64,000 bases of DNA from Azolla caroliniana. Its lineage: Eukaryota; Plantae; Polypodiophyta. Positions 1 to 13,130 of the stretch are shown here, piece after piece. The stretch covers positions 4,464,001 through 4,528,000 of the forward strand of contig JBHGNT010000020.1 in the NCBI GenBank assembly GCA_043228905.1, read 5' to 3'. The notes under the pieces are model-generated. The model had not been told where the DNA came from. It searched no databases and worked only from the letters and a program-made list of their open reading frames with translations. The first letter of the stretch is position 1. The number at the start of each line of letters is the position of its first letter. The translations under genes were made by a program, and so were the position numbers.

Positions 1-477
1 CATGGAACTTAACCATTTGCGGCTATGGGCGTCACTTTTAGCTTCCTCGAAGCTTTCTGGCTCCCCCTCATCGGTCAGCAACACATGCTCTGGATCCGGA
101 AATCTCCAGGGGTCCCTTCTCTCTCTGATAGGATATCTGCGTGCTTGGGCTTCGGTAACCGGCTCCTCCATTTGCTCTTCATCCGAATCCGATTCGGGGT
201 CTTGTCCGGTTTCGGTTTCACCTATTCCTTCTTCTTCGGCCGGTTTTGTCTCCTCACCGTCATTGGCCGGTTCATCGAGTTCTAACCGGCTTCTTGCCGG
301 TTGGAACTGCATTTCATCAAATCAGAATTTTTCCTTACCTGTCGACTCGGAGTTCATTATCTTCTTCTCCGACTCCTAGTCGGCGAGCGTCTTGTCCTCC
401 ATGAAGATAATATCTCGACTCCAGAATACTTTCTGGTCGACCGGGTCCCACACTCGGTGGCCGAACTCATCGTCGCC

Positions 478-1677
478 TTAACCGAGGAATATGCATGGTC
501 GGGTCTTCGGATCTAACTTTCCTCTCCGGTCCTTAGTTGCATGCACGTATGCAAGACAACCGAATACCTTCAGATGCTGGTAGGACACTTCCTTACCGGT
601 CCAGACTCTCTGCGGCGTGTCTCCGTCCAAGGGTACTGAGGGTGATCTATTTATCACATATGTCGCCGTCGACAGTGCCTCAGCCCAAAAAGTCTTGGGT
701 AATTTTGCATGCGCCAACATACTCCGGACCCTCTCCATTATGGTCCGGTTCATCCTCTCGGCCAACCCGTTTAGTTCCGGCATCTTCGGCACGGTAAATT
801 CGAGCCGGATTCCCTTCGAGTGACAGTACTCCTCGAACTGCCCCCGGTATTCTCCTTCGTTATCTGCTCGAACCGCCTTCAGCTTCCGGCCGGTTTCTCT
901 TTCCACTCTCACTTGGAGCTCTTTGAAGACGGATAGCACCTGATCCGTCGTCTTCAACGGTGTGGCCCACAGCTTCCGGTTGTGGTCATCTATGAACGTC
1001 ACGAAGTACTGCGATCCGGCATGTGACTTTGTGTCCACTTGACACACATCAGTATGCACCAACTCCAGTGGTGCATTACATCTCATCGGTGGCCTCGATC
1101 GGAAGGAGGTCCGGTTTTGTTTACCGACCAAACAATCAGTGCACTTCTCCAAATGCACGTTCTTCACTGGAATGAGGTTGTCGTCTGCAAGCCTTTTCAT
1201 CCCCTTCTCGCTCATGTGACACAGCCTCTTGTGCCATAGCTCACCGGCAATGTCGGATGCCACGTTCACTTCCTTCGGACATAACCGGGCATTCATCAGG
1301 TACAAAGTGTTGACTTTCCGGGCCCAAGCCACAATCAGGCTCCCTTTGCTGAACTTCATAACATCGTTCCGGATGCTACCCGTGTAGCTTTCATCATCTA
1401 ACCGATCGGCTGATATTAGGTTCAATCGAACCTCCGGAACATGTCGAACATCCTTCAGCAACATCTTGCATGCGGTTGATGTCGTCAACCACACATCTCC
1501 TATGCCGACAATTCGGCATGTACCTTCATTCCCCATCCGAACACGGCCGTGGTCACCAGCCGAGTAGGATGAGAAGCATTTTCTATCCGGGGTCAAGTGG
1601 AACGACGCTCTGGAATCGACCACCCAGGTCATCTCGTCGCCGGCAAGGTTCAGCTTACTCTCCTTGGTGATAAGCAT
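478..1677 (-). pseudogene. Copia protease / GAG-pre-integrase / integrase, with premature stop
   Basis: WVVDSRASFH, LWHKRLCH..CTDC, VHTDVC, FIDD, RADNEGEY, NGLAERMN; stop after CIFLG. Confidence 0.93.
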
Positions 1678-1728
1678 TAGCTCCTCTTCATTTGCCGTGA
1701 TTGCCCTCGTTCCTTTCCAGTCCTGCCC

Positions 1729-2544
1729 TCACCGATCCGAACCATTTCGATCCGATGACTTCTTCGAATCGGTACTGTCGATTTCCTTGTCTTTCCGGAA
1801 ATGCCGACAGTTCTTCTGGAAGTGCCCCGGCTTCCCGCAGTAGAAGCAAGTAGGCCTCCCTCTTGACTTTGACCGTGTCCCCGATTTTTCCCGGTTCTGG
1901 GGACTCCGGTTCCTTTGTCTTCCATGTTCCAATTCGGAAAGGAGCGCTTTTGAGTCGGGGATCGGTTCCTTGTCCTTCCGACGTGCCTCCTCGTTCAGGA
2001 TGCTTGTCTTCACCGTCTGCAAAGACAAGTTCTCTTCTTGGCAAGAGGTGCTGAGAGTAACCACCAAGTTCTCCCAGCTTTTCGGCAACGTACACATCAG
2101 CATGATTGCCTGCATTGCATCATCCAAGGGGAACTTGATCGCTGCAAGTTGATTTACATACCCCATGAATGTGCTTACGTGTTCAACCATGCTCTCGTCG
2201 TCTCTGTATTTAAGGTTTACTATTTTCCTCATCAATGAGGTTCTGTTGAGCGCATTCTTCCTCTCATAAAGACCCGACAGCTTCTGCCACATCTCGTGGG
2301 CATTCGTGTTGTTCGCCACGTGCTGAAGGACACTTATATCGACGCACTGTCGGATAGTGGCCACGGCTTTCCTATTCAGAAGCTTCCAATCCGACTCCAA
2401 TACCCCCTTTGGTATTTCCGATCTGTCGATTCGCTCATACAGGTCTTTTACAATGAGAAGGTCTTCCATCTTAATCTTCAAGTTTGCATAGTTCTGTGAA
2501 TTTAGAACCATCATACCTGGGAAGCCGCTCCCGCCTCCTTCCAT
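1729..2544 (-). pseudogene. Copia gag (UBN2-like region plus zinc knuckle), out of frame with pol
   Basis: CFYCGKPGHFQKNC knuckle; stops shortly before pol, which lies in another frame. Confidence 0.88.
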
Positions 2545-3077
2545 TTTCTGTGTTGCTCGCTCTGATACCAGTTTGCAAGGTAAAAATCATTGCCGGCCAC
2601 AACCAGTTGTACGTGTGCGGAATAATATTCAATCTAATGGAAAGGAAAAACAGAATATAGAAACTGAGAATGACATAGATTTTAACGTGGAAACCCAAAC
2701 TGGGAAAAAACCATGTGGAGTCCACAAACTCCGAAATAGAACACTATGAGAGAAAGGAATACAATCAGAGATCTCAGAGGCAACGACCTCGAGATCCTGC
2801 TTCGCCAACAGGCAGCTATGTAGCTCACACGCTTCCACTCACACTCGTTCACTCTCACAGTTACGGAGGCAACAACCTCGTCAACAGTAACTTTACAATA
2901 ACGCACATATCTAACATGATTGCCCTAAGTACTTATATACTAATGTAACCTTTTGACTATTTACAAACTTAGCCTTCTGTGTTGGCTATCTCCACGATTT
3001 CCGGTTTCGGCCTCGGCCGAGTTGCTCATCAACACGGTTCTTCTCACTTCCCATCCGGAGGGACCTGTTTCCTAACA

Positions 3078-4904
3078 TATCCATCTCCGGCACGCATCCA
3101 TCTTGTCGGTTGACAACACCTTGGTCAGCATGTCCGATCCATTCTCTTCCGTGTGGATTTTCATCAACGAATATGTTTGTCTTCTACCTTCTCCCGAAGC
3201 CAGTGGTATCTTCACTGGATGTGCTCGGTCTGAGAGTGGTAGGCAACATTTTTCGCAAGGTGGATGGCACTTTGACTATCATAGTAGAGCCAGAATTCCT
3301 CCTGCCTGATCCCTAACTCTCCGATGAAATCCTTCATCCAGATTACTTCCTTGTCGGCTTCCACAACCGCCATGTATTCCGCCTCCGTTGTCGAAAGTGC
3401 CATCAATTTCTGCAACCTTGACTGCCACAATACGACTCCCCCAGCAAAGGTCATGATGTATCTAGACGTAGATCGGCTGGTATCTACATCAGCCGACATG
3501 TCCGAATTCGTAAAGCCTCCAATAGGGGTTTACAAGAGCCGAACCGGAAGCACATGTTCCGGGTGCCTTTCAAGTACCAGAGGATCCACTTGATGGCGAC
3601 CCAGTGCTCTCTTCCCGGATTGCTCATGAACTAGATGACCACTCGAACTGCATATACAATGTCCGGTTGGTTAACATTAACGGGGAGCTTGCTTCAATCC
3701 ATATAGGCTCTTCTTCAACCGGCACAACTAGGTTCTCCTTCCCTTTCTTGACAAATCCCTCCGGTTGCTACATGTAGATCTCCTCCTCAAGGTCACCGTG
3801 CAAGAATGCAATCTTTACATCCAGTTGCTCGATCTCGAGGTCCATGCTTGTCGCAATGCTTAGCACCATCCGGATGGAGGTCATCTATACTACCGAGGCA
3901 AAGATCTCATCAAAATCCACTCCTTTCTTCTGTTGAAAACCCTTCACCACAATGTGCACTTTGTACCTTGGTGGATTTCCGACGTCTCTCGGTTTGAGCT
4001 CGTACACCTAGTTGTTCCGGAACGCTCTCTTTCCTTTCGGCAGGTTCGTTAGTTGATATGTGTGTTTCTCATGTAGGGAATCCTTCTCATCCTGTATGGC
4101 ACTTAACCACTTGTGGCTATGGGTGTCCCTCTCTGCTTCCTCGAAGCTTTCTGACTCCCCCTCATCGGTCAGTAAAATATGTTTTGCATCCGGAGATCTC
4201 CGGGGGGGCCTTTTTCTCTCTAAGAGGATATCTTCTTCCTTGGTTTTCGGCCACCGATTCTTCAATCGTTTCTTCATCCGAATCCGATTCAAAATCTTGT
4301 CCGGTTCCGAGATCTGATCCTTCTTCGGTCGGTTTAGTTCTTTGTCCGTGTCTAGCTGGTTCACTATGGTCTTCGACTGACATCTAGCTTCTGACCAGAT
4401 GGATCCTTGCATCTTCGAACCGATCTATGTCGGTCGATCTGGAGGGGGCTATCTTCTTCTCCGGTTCCCAGACGGCAATGGTCTTGTCTTCCATGAAGAA
4501 TATGTCCCTACTCCAGATCACTTTCTTTTCGGCTAGGCTCCACAGCCGGTAGCCAAACTCATCATCATTGTACCCAAGGAATATTGTTGAGAGATCAAGC
4601 TCAACTTAGTTTAGTTAGTTAGTCAACCATGTAACTTTGTAGTTACCTAGATAGAATCTAGTTAGAAGTGTTGACTATAACACCTTAAATAGAACCTTGT
4701 ACTTAAGTGGGATATTCTAGATCCTCCACTCCTAAGTACATTTAATAGAGGACTTACACCTTAGTACCTATATTCTACTCACACATGTGCACCTTTGCAC
4801 ATGAGATGTATATATACCTCGTTGTGGGTATTTTTGTATTTGATGATGATAATGCTAATTTAATATACTTACTCATCCCCCATCTTATGTTATTCATAAG
4901 TGTA

Positions 4905-4951
<47 letters not shown>

Positions 4952-5915
4952 TCCTCTCACACACATACACACACATATCACTTGAACTTCCGCTTATCAA
5001 CTAATCACATAATTAGGTACTAATTCACCCTTAATTACTTACCTAATTCTTACCAAATATACATGGACGAGTTTTCGGGTCCAGTTTTCCCCGTTTATCT
5101 TTTGTGATGTGCATGTTAGCTAGACAACCAAACACTTTTAGATGTCAGTAAGAAACACCTTTACCGGTCCATGCTCTCTGTGGTTTGTCTCCGTCCAAGG
5201 GCACTGAGGGTGATATGTTTATCATGTACGTCGTCTTCATCAATGCCTCAACCCAAAACCTCTTGGACAACTTGGCATGTGGGAGCATATACTACAGACT
5301 CTCTCTCTATTACGGTCTAGTTCATTCCCTCGGCCAGTTCATTCACCTCCAAGACTCGATTTACGACATTCTTATTCTCCAACATTGTGCCAATCCTCTC
5401 CCAAAGTACATGGGCCTTATTCTCTTCATTGAAGTTATTGTACATGCTCATATTGATGAAGCATCTTATGTATGTCGTCATCTTCATATGCATTACTTCC
5501 CAGGTTGTGGCATCGATCTTGTCTAGTCTTTTGTCTTCAAATTGTACCGGCAACCAGAGATCTTCGACAGTGGATAGTTGGAGCCGGTGAGCTTGAACAT
5601 GCCACCAAATGACTCTTCCATTCTCTTTCTTTGCTTGAAGCTTAGAACACAAGCTTTGATACCAAATTGTTGAGAATCATACTCAGCCACAATCGAGTTT
5701 CACAATACAAATGGAAGATTAAACATAAAGTAACAATACACTTCACAAGGTAAAAGAGACGACACTAGATATTAATGTGGAAAACCTCGAGAGACAAAAC
5801 TACGGGAGTTCTTAAACTCCAAACAGGATCACTATGGCGAGAGGTACTACAATGTGAGACTCTGAGGCAACGACCTCGAGCTCTATCTTCACAAACTAGC
5901 GGTTACAACAGAAAT

Positions 5916-5954
<39 letters not shown>

Positions 5955-6051
5955 AACACACGATAACTACTACAACCCATAACACAATTATTGCCCTAGT
6001 TATATTTATGCTTATATAACTTTGGGGCTATTTACAAATATGACCTCAACA
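3078..6051 (-). mobile_element. Degenerate, internally deleted Copia B (RNase H, RT, INT and gag remnants, PBS, 5' LTR 5668-6051); element A is inserted at its RNase H end
   Basis: ALSTTEAEYMA and DSQSAIHLAKN RNase H motifs; PBS gctttgatacca 5653-5664; LTR TGTTGAG..CTCAACA. Confidence 0.88.
4585..5055 (+). mobile_element. Solo LTR (Copia-type) inserted in the Copia B integrase
   Basis: TG..CA with perfect TSD AATAT (4580-4584 / 5056-5060). Confidence 0.92.
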
Positions 6052-8032
6052 ATCACTTCGGAACATATTTACTAATATGTTCGGTCGGATACCTTTCGGA
6101 TCCATCCAATCCGATTCCTTCCTTTGACTCGTCTGACCTGGCTTGTTTGGTTCTCATCCGGATCCCATCTGGAGGGACTAGTTTCTCAACAATTTTCTTG
6201 TATTGATAGTGATCACAATAGGACTCTTCATGTCTAAGCTTTGGGATGTAGCCAAGTGCCGAAAGTCTTTCGAGCGCATTTTGTGACATGTTTCCGAGTC
6301 ATCCATGCCATAGTGACGATGTTTGCATTTTGGCTACGTTTAGTGATCCCTCCCGACTGATCACTGTGATTGGATACAAGTTATTGTACTTCACACCATG
6401 GCCAATGTGCAGATTTCCTTTTGAGATTTGTCATGATGACTCACTAAGTGCCTTCTTGTCCCGTCTTCGGCCAACATGCTGATGAAGATAAGAATCCTCT
6501 TCTGATCGGGTACATGCCGGACCTGGTGCTATTTTCATTCGGCGATCAAATGGGTATTTCACCTATTCCAACGATTCGGCAGTCCTGCGCATTGCCGATT
6601 CAGGCCGAGCCGACACTGATTGAATAATCCAAAAACTATTTTCTGTGGGGGGTCACGTGGAAGGTGGCGCCCAAATCAAGCAACCATGTCTTTGCATCTT
6701 CTGCACTATACAGGATCTCTTTGGTTGACGTATCTTCTAACGAAAGGACTTCTCCCAACCAGGATTTGACAATGTGAATATGGTTGTTGACTGATGATTG
6801 GTCCAAGTCGGAAGAGCCTCTGTTCCACTCAAACCTTTGACTTCTTCCTTTTTTGTTCAACAACCAGCAGTCGAGAAAATTGTAGCCAACCTTTCTACAA
6901 TGTGTGCAGTAGGCGTTCAACGTTCCACTTCTCGACTTCAACCGCGGTTAGTCGTTTCTCCTTCTCAGCCTACTTTGATCACAACCGGTCCTTTGAGCCA
7001 TTCCCCTAGAGAAGTGTGCTTTGGTATTGTCATCGATGGTGAGTCCCATAAAATTTCTTTGAAGCTCTTTGGACAACACTACCCCAACTAACATTAGCTT
7101 TGACAAAATGTTGGTGACGGTTGTATAGAAGACTTCCCAGCTCATGGAGAGGCTTGAAAGGAGTGCAAGTGCATTAACTTCTTCTTTGAAGTTCAAGCCT
7201 TGCGCGGAGATTTCTGTTAACACCCAGCTGAAGGTGTTGATATGGGAGGTTGCTGGATCCATCTACCTCATGTACCTCATCTTCATATTGAATAATTGCC
7301 GAATCAAGATGAGTTTTGATGAGCTCGACTTCTTTTCATATATCATTTGAAGCTTCTCCCATATCGTGAATACAGTCGTCTCTTTAGTCATGCTGAAGTA
7401 GACGTTTTCGGCCAACTGCATTCTGATTGTCAATCTTGCAATCTTGTCAAGCGACTGCCATTCTATAATTGTCATCACCTGATCACTTTGATCTATCGTT
7501 TGATGATCAGTACATACTGCATCATCTCCATCCATTAGGCAAAGTTTTTATCGTCGAACTTTCTAATCTCACAACCTATACCAAATGTTGAGTCCATTGT
7601 TCTTCTAGAGGTCTTTGTTTGGCCTTGTCCTTTCCTTCAGTCTTCTACCTCTTCTTATACCAGCGCTACCTGGTTCCAAGATCGCTCTGATACCACTTGT
7701 TGAGACTCGTAGGGCCTAGTTGACTATTGTTGTGTACTCGGTTGGTCGATTGTAGTCGACTAGGTGAACTTATGTAGAATATGTATATTGATCTTGATAA
7801 GGAACCAGCAAGTGTAGAGTAAGAGTGAGGTTGTGTGGTGTGTCCTTGTTCTTGCAGTTAGTTACAAACAGAGAATGTACATAGAGAATACACAGACTAT
7901 TTTGGCAAAGAGAGACGTTATATTATTCTGCATCATCATCTTCACAAGGAGGAAGTACCACCTATTTATACATGAGTGGGTTGCTTGATTAGAGATACCA
8001 CGGTCGGTCAGAGTAGGACTTTTAGTCCAACA
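6052..8032 (-). mobile_element. Degenerate Copia C 5' part (gag, PR, PBS 7684-7695, 5' LTR 7698-8032)
   Basis: WEKLQMIYEKKS gag, CTHCRKVG knuckle remnant, WLLDLGATFH protease; iMet PBS. Confidence 0.85.
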
Positions 8033-8384
8033 ATCCTAACCTTCAACCCTTTCATAAACCTAGAGTTTGATGTTTTTCTTCGTGTGAGCACACTGCATCA
8101 CGACAAAGGCACGAGAAGAAGAGGAGAAGAAAGTAGCTAGGTTGTAGAGAATCTTGAACCTGATGAAGGAATGTATGTAGGGGGGGGTTTTAGGGGAAGC
8201 ATGGAGGTATGGGGGGCACAAGGAGTGTAGTGAGATGAAGGTGATCCTTTCACACTTGATTGTCTATTGACTTGTCCCCCCCCTTGATTGGTTCTTACTA
8301 CTCTCTCTTCGTGGTCCTTTAGTTGTAAGATGTCCTTGTTGATGCTCTCTTCTTCATAACCAAGACTGATGTAATCCAAGCACT

Positions 8385-8620
8385 AAACAATCCTAGGGAT
8401 TGAGACAACCCTTAGAGGCCAAGTGTGAACTTGCTAGGAGGCCTTAGGTCTAGCTATAAATATGAGGCCTAGCCATCCTCTTTTGACACATTATTCGACT
8501 ACGTTTGAGAATGTGATCTTGTGGTGATCATACTCTTGTGACGAGTGTGCGATAGTACCAAGTATGACTCGAAGCCATAGTGGTGGTATGGGATGTCGTT
8601 TAAGGCTCGGGTCCCCCTCA
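8385..8620 (+). mobile_element. Degenerate LTR fragment, same family as 22823-23279 and 46976-47432, opposite orientation
   Basis: gggattgagacaaccc..ggccaagtgtgaacttgc..ataaatatgaggcctagc is the reverse complement of ~47230-47315. Confidence 0.65.
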
Positions 8621-9194
8621 ATCTCTTCACCCAGGATTCAATATTGATTATAGGATCCGACAAAGCAACCTTATCTGTTTTCGATAATTCTAATTTATGA
8701 ATATGATGAATGATGTTGTGGCTTCAAGTCTCAAGCAATGGGTTTGATGTTTCATTGATGATATCAAATTTTCTCTTGAAAAAATGGCTTTATGATAAGT
8801 ATTGATAATTTTCATTTGAGAGAATGCCCAACTAGGTAAGGCTCTACAACAACATTGAGATTAAGGTTTCTCCCATCAAACATGATGGCGTTGGGATGGA
8901 ATTGCATGTCTTGAAGCATTGTGCAAATGCTTATATGTTGATGTTTCCTCACATCATGCATGACATATTTCAAAGAGTGTCGCAAACTAAAAATTGGAAA
9001 TCAACCCAACAGTTTATACAACAAAGATAACTCGAGTAGTTTGATCATGTTTGTGACTTTGACCAGATGGCACACTCTTCTTACTTTTCTCCTACAATGA
9101 AATTTGAACTAAAAAAGCTTTTAGTTGGAGTATTGCTTGATGCCAATGTTAAAATGGATTTCCTTCTTGTGTTGGCATGACATTTAGAATCCCA

Positions 9195-9909
9195 CCCTAC
9201 ATACATACATACATACATACATACATACATACATACATTCGTATGTGCATGCAGGCATGCATACATACACACACACACACACACACATAGGTGTGCGTAT
9301 AAATATATAGATTGTGTGTGTGTGTGTGTGTCCGCGCACTTCAACATGGCATTTGACTTCTTGAAGGAGATTAAGAGGAGATGTTGTGGGGCTCTTGAGT
9401 CTTCGTTCAAGGGTTCATCTATCATCATCATCATTTGCAAGCCATCATTATCATTTTGGGAGCCATCATTATCTATCGTTTTGGTAAGAGTTAGGAATGA
9501 GAGTGTGACTATTTCCTTGTTGCAAGAAGGAAGGCAAAGGGAGGGAAGGTGTAGGTGAAAGGTATGAATGCCGCCCCCCCTCTTTCCACACATGTTGTTC
9601 AACTTCACATTATAAACCCCTACTATCCTACAACTTACAAGTCCATCCCATCTGTAATAATATATATATACATGTATATATGTATGTATACATTTATAAT
9701 ATGTACATGAATGTAATGTGACATTGCCTCTTACCATAATAATAATATATAATCGTTTTGGGGTGTTTTCTATGATAATCACCTGCAGCAACAAATGGAA
9801 ATTTGCAAGCGCAGTAGGAATAGGAGTAGAGTAGTAAAGTAGCAAGAGCAGTAAATGCCTTCCTTCCTCCTCCTCCTCCTCCTCCTCCTCCTCCTCCTTC
9901 TTCTTCCCT

Positions 9910-9950
<41 letters not shown>

Positions 9951-9967
9951 ACTGATGATGGCTGACT

Positions 9968-10002
<35 letters not shown>

Positions 10003-11260
10003 CATGTTCCAAGGCATTCATTATGTATGTAATAAAATCGAAGCAGTAAAAGCACAGCAAAGCTTTTTAAAGTAAAAACTAAAACTAAAAGTCTAAGCTT
10101 TTCGCTCTCTCTCTCACAGACACATACACATCTTCCAATGAACAGAGTTTTGTATTAACATTGTAATTATTTAGTGTGTGTCTGTGTGTATTGATTGCAA
10201 ATTCAAGATTCGAACCTGCACCCCAGCCAGCCTCCCGCCCCCCCAACCAAAAGAAAGAAAGAAGGAAAGAATGAAAAGGAAAGCATTTAAAAAGTAGTAG
10301 TAATAAAACACATCCATCATTTCACTTAATTCATAATGATAGAATGAATGAATGAAAGAAAGGGAGAAGAGGAGGGAGTACTAACTTCTAAGTAGTAAAC
10401 TACTACTACTACTACTACTACTATTGTAGTACCTACAAGTAGAAGGTACTAACTACTGGTACTGTAATACAGACATTATTACTTACATACATGAAGTAGA
10501 GGTGGTGGTAGTAGGGTAGGCATATACATACATATGTACATACATACATACATACCTACCTACCTACATATTCAGGAATCAGAACCTCTTTCCTTCCTTC
10601 TTTCTTGAATATCCATCCACCCATTCATTCGTTCGTTCATATCCAATCAATCAACCCATCAATCAATCAATCACGCACTTTCTAAGAGACGAAGCAGCAG
10701 CAAAGAAGCAGAAACAGAGGAGGAATTAGATAGATGCATACATAGATAGATGAATGATGACAGACAGACAAGCAAGCAGGCAGGCAGGCAGACAGACAAA
10801 CAGACAGGCTGTGTCCTTAGTCCGCCCGCACACACACACACACACACACGAGAAGGAGAAGGAAGGAAGAAGTCCTGCCTGTCCTGTCCTTTGAAATTTT
10901 GGGCATCTTGTTTCTAGAACGTTCTGGAATGTTCCAAACACCTTTTCTTCTTCGAATCATTTATTGTGTTTTTAAGATTACTTAGCGTGTAGCTTCAACT
11001 CTTGCTGCCGCGTTTTCCTTTCTAACTTCAGCCAGACTCGCGAAGGACTTGCTGGGTTCCTTCCTTGTGAAAGCTTCTTCCAAGTAGCTTTCGTTAATTG
11101 TTTTGGTGTGTGGTAAGTAAGTAAGGAAGTACACAGTGAATGGATGGATGGGCGGGCATCCTACTGGTGATTTGAAACATTGGGAAGGGCAGCTTGGGTT
11201 GGTTTAATGCAGCAGCTATGTATGCATGTATGTATGTATGTATGTAAGTAAGTAATATGT
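9195..11260. repeat. Microsatellite-dense region upstream of the dynein light chain gene: (CATA)n, (CA)n, (GA)n, (TAC)n, (CCT)n
   Basis: Directly visible simple repeats. Confidence 0.9.
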
Positions 11261-11382
11261 GATGAGTTTCAGATGATGAAGGAGTGGGTATCATCATGTA
11301 TATGTTGTGTATGGTGGTGTCATCAGTCCTGAAATTATTCCCAGTCTGAGTAATTGATCTGTATTATCTATCATTCATCGTG

Positions 11383-12676
11383 ATGACACTGAAAGACAGG
11401 GCATATTGGGAAGGCATGGGGTGGGAAGAGGAAAGGAAATCCCACACCATCATGATGATGATGATGCCCACCACCACCACCACAACAACAACAACAACAA
11501 CTACACCAACTGTGGGTGTGGGTGTGGGTGTGGGTGTGGGTGTGGATGTGGGTGGTGTAACAACAACAACAACAACAACTAGAAGAAGAATAATAAGAAG
11601 AAGAAGAGATTGCTGTAGTACTAGTGGTGGTGGTAGTAGCAGCAGCAGTAGCAGTAGTAGAAGTAGTAGTGTAATCGACGACGACGACGATGATCATCAT
11701 CATCTTCGAACGACCACTGTAATATCTCCTACTTACATCTCTAAAGTTGGCCTCTCCTCTCCATCTCCATCTCCATCTCCATCTCCATCTCCAGCAGAAG
11801 CACGGGGACATACTACTACTACTACTACTACTTCTATTGTAACTAATGCCCACAACAGCAGCAAAGTCGGGAAATTAACGTCGCTCTCTGCAAATCTGGG
11901 CTATTGCTCGTGTTGCCGGCGGCAGAGGAGAAGCAACAGCAGCAGCAGAAGCAGAAGCAGAAACCATGGCGGTGGCTTCTCGGGCACCACCACAATGGCC
12001 CGAAAGAGTGTAGATTCAGCCGCACACCAGCAACAGCAGGAGGAGGAAAAGGAAGAGGAGGAGGAGGAGGAGGAGGAGGAGCATCATCAACGAATAATAA
12101 TGGACACACCAACATCGCTATCTCTTCTGTGGACGCCGGCGCTCATTCAAACAGAGCACCACAATTATAAGGCGGGCCATCATCCTCCTCCTCCTCCTCC
12201 TCCTCAAGTGAATTCCCTCCAGCAAGATATTTCTCACAACCCACCGCCATTATTCCATGCCATCCCTTCTTCCTGCGTCGGCAGTGATCATGATCATCAT
12301 GTGAAGAGAGGCATTGATGACCTGAAGCTACTTGACCTAAGAAGCTCTTCCTCTTCCCCAATGGAAAACGAGGACGTCGGGTCAGGTTTGTATGTGAGGA
12401 TTCGGAGCTCCGACATGCCCATGAGCTTGCAGTTGCATGCCATTGAGCTCACCAAAGAGGTGTTGGAGAGGCAGGGGAATAGCTTGAGCCTCATGGAGAC
12501 TGCAAGAGCCCTAAAACAGGTTAGGTTTGGTTGCTTGCTTGCTTGCTTCTTCCGTTTAGTGGGACCCCGCCTCTAAGATTGGAAGGTCAACAACAACCCC
12601 TTTGTGTTTTAGCTGTGTTGTTTTCAAGTAGTAGGCCGGCCGTATACATATGTACATATTGTTTCAAAGGTTCAAC

Positions 12677-12715
<39 letters not shown>

Positions 12716-13130
12716 TTTTGATGTCCTTGCAGTAGTGTCATATTCTCGATCCAGTCAGCTATCACACATAGCCTAAAACCGTGAATTCACGTCGGTAGAT
12801 CCTCCAAACACTTTGAGAGTTCAGATCCATATTTAATGATCATGAGGCGATAAAGCGATCTGTCTATATATATGTATATATGTTCATGGTGGTTCAAGTT
12901 TTCATTTATGCGTCCAAAGTTAAGGATTTCTTCCTAAAGGACTAATGTTAAAATCATGTCTCGCTTTGCAGGGCTTCGACGATAAGCACGGCTATGTCTG
13001 GCATTGCATTGTGGGGTATAGCTATGGATCCTATGTAACCCACACAATAGGCTCCTCCATCTACTTCTCCATTGGGAAGCTTGCAATCCTTTTATTCAAG
13101 ACATCCGTACCTCCCCCATGTTTGTCATAG
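11383..13130 (+). CDS. Dynein light chain type 1 (LC8/DLC1) family protein, 2 exons: 11383(?)-12519 and 12972-13130; start codon uncertain
   Basis: [24 protein letters not shown]|[39 protein letters not shown]; phase-0 GT..AG intron 12520-12971. Confidence 0.9.

Larger units (their letters stand above)
1..3077 (-). mobile_element. Ty1/Copia retrotransposon A, 5' half (5' LTR 2574-3077, PBS, gag, PR, INT); continues beyond the left edge
   Basis: LTR TG..CA 2574-3077; tRNA-iMet PBS TGGTATCAGAGC (+ strand 2559-2570); gag with CX2CX4HX4C; Copia order PR-INT. Confidence 0.95.

Noticed and set aside
9330-9570. Possible miRNA precursor or small-peptide gene
   Set aside because: No conserved miRNA or CLE/CEP motif recognised and no clear fold-back.
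9081-10055. 324-aa minus-strand ORF
   Set aside because: It runs through (GA)n, (CATA)n and (CA)n repeats and has no domain; most likely open by chance.
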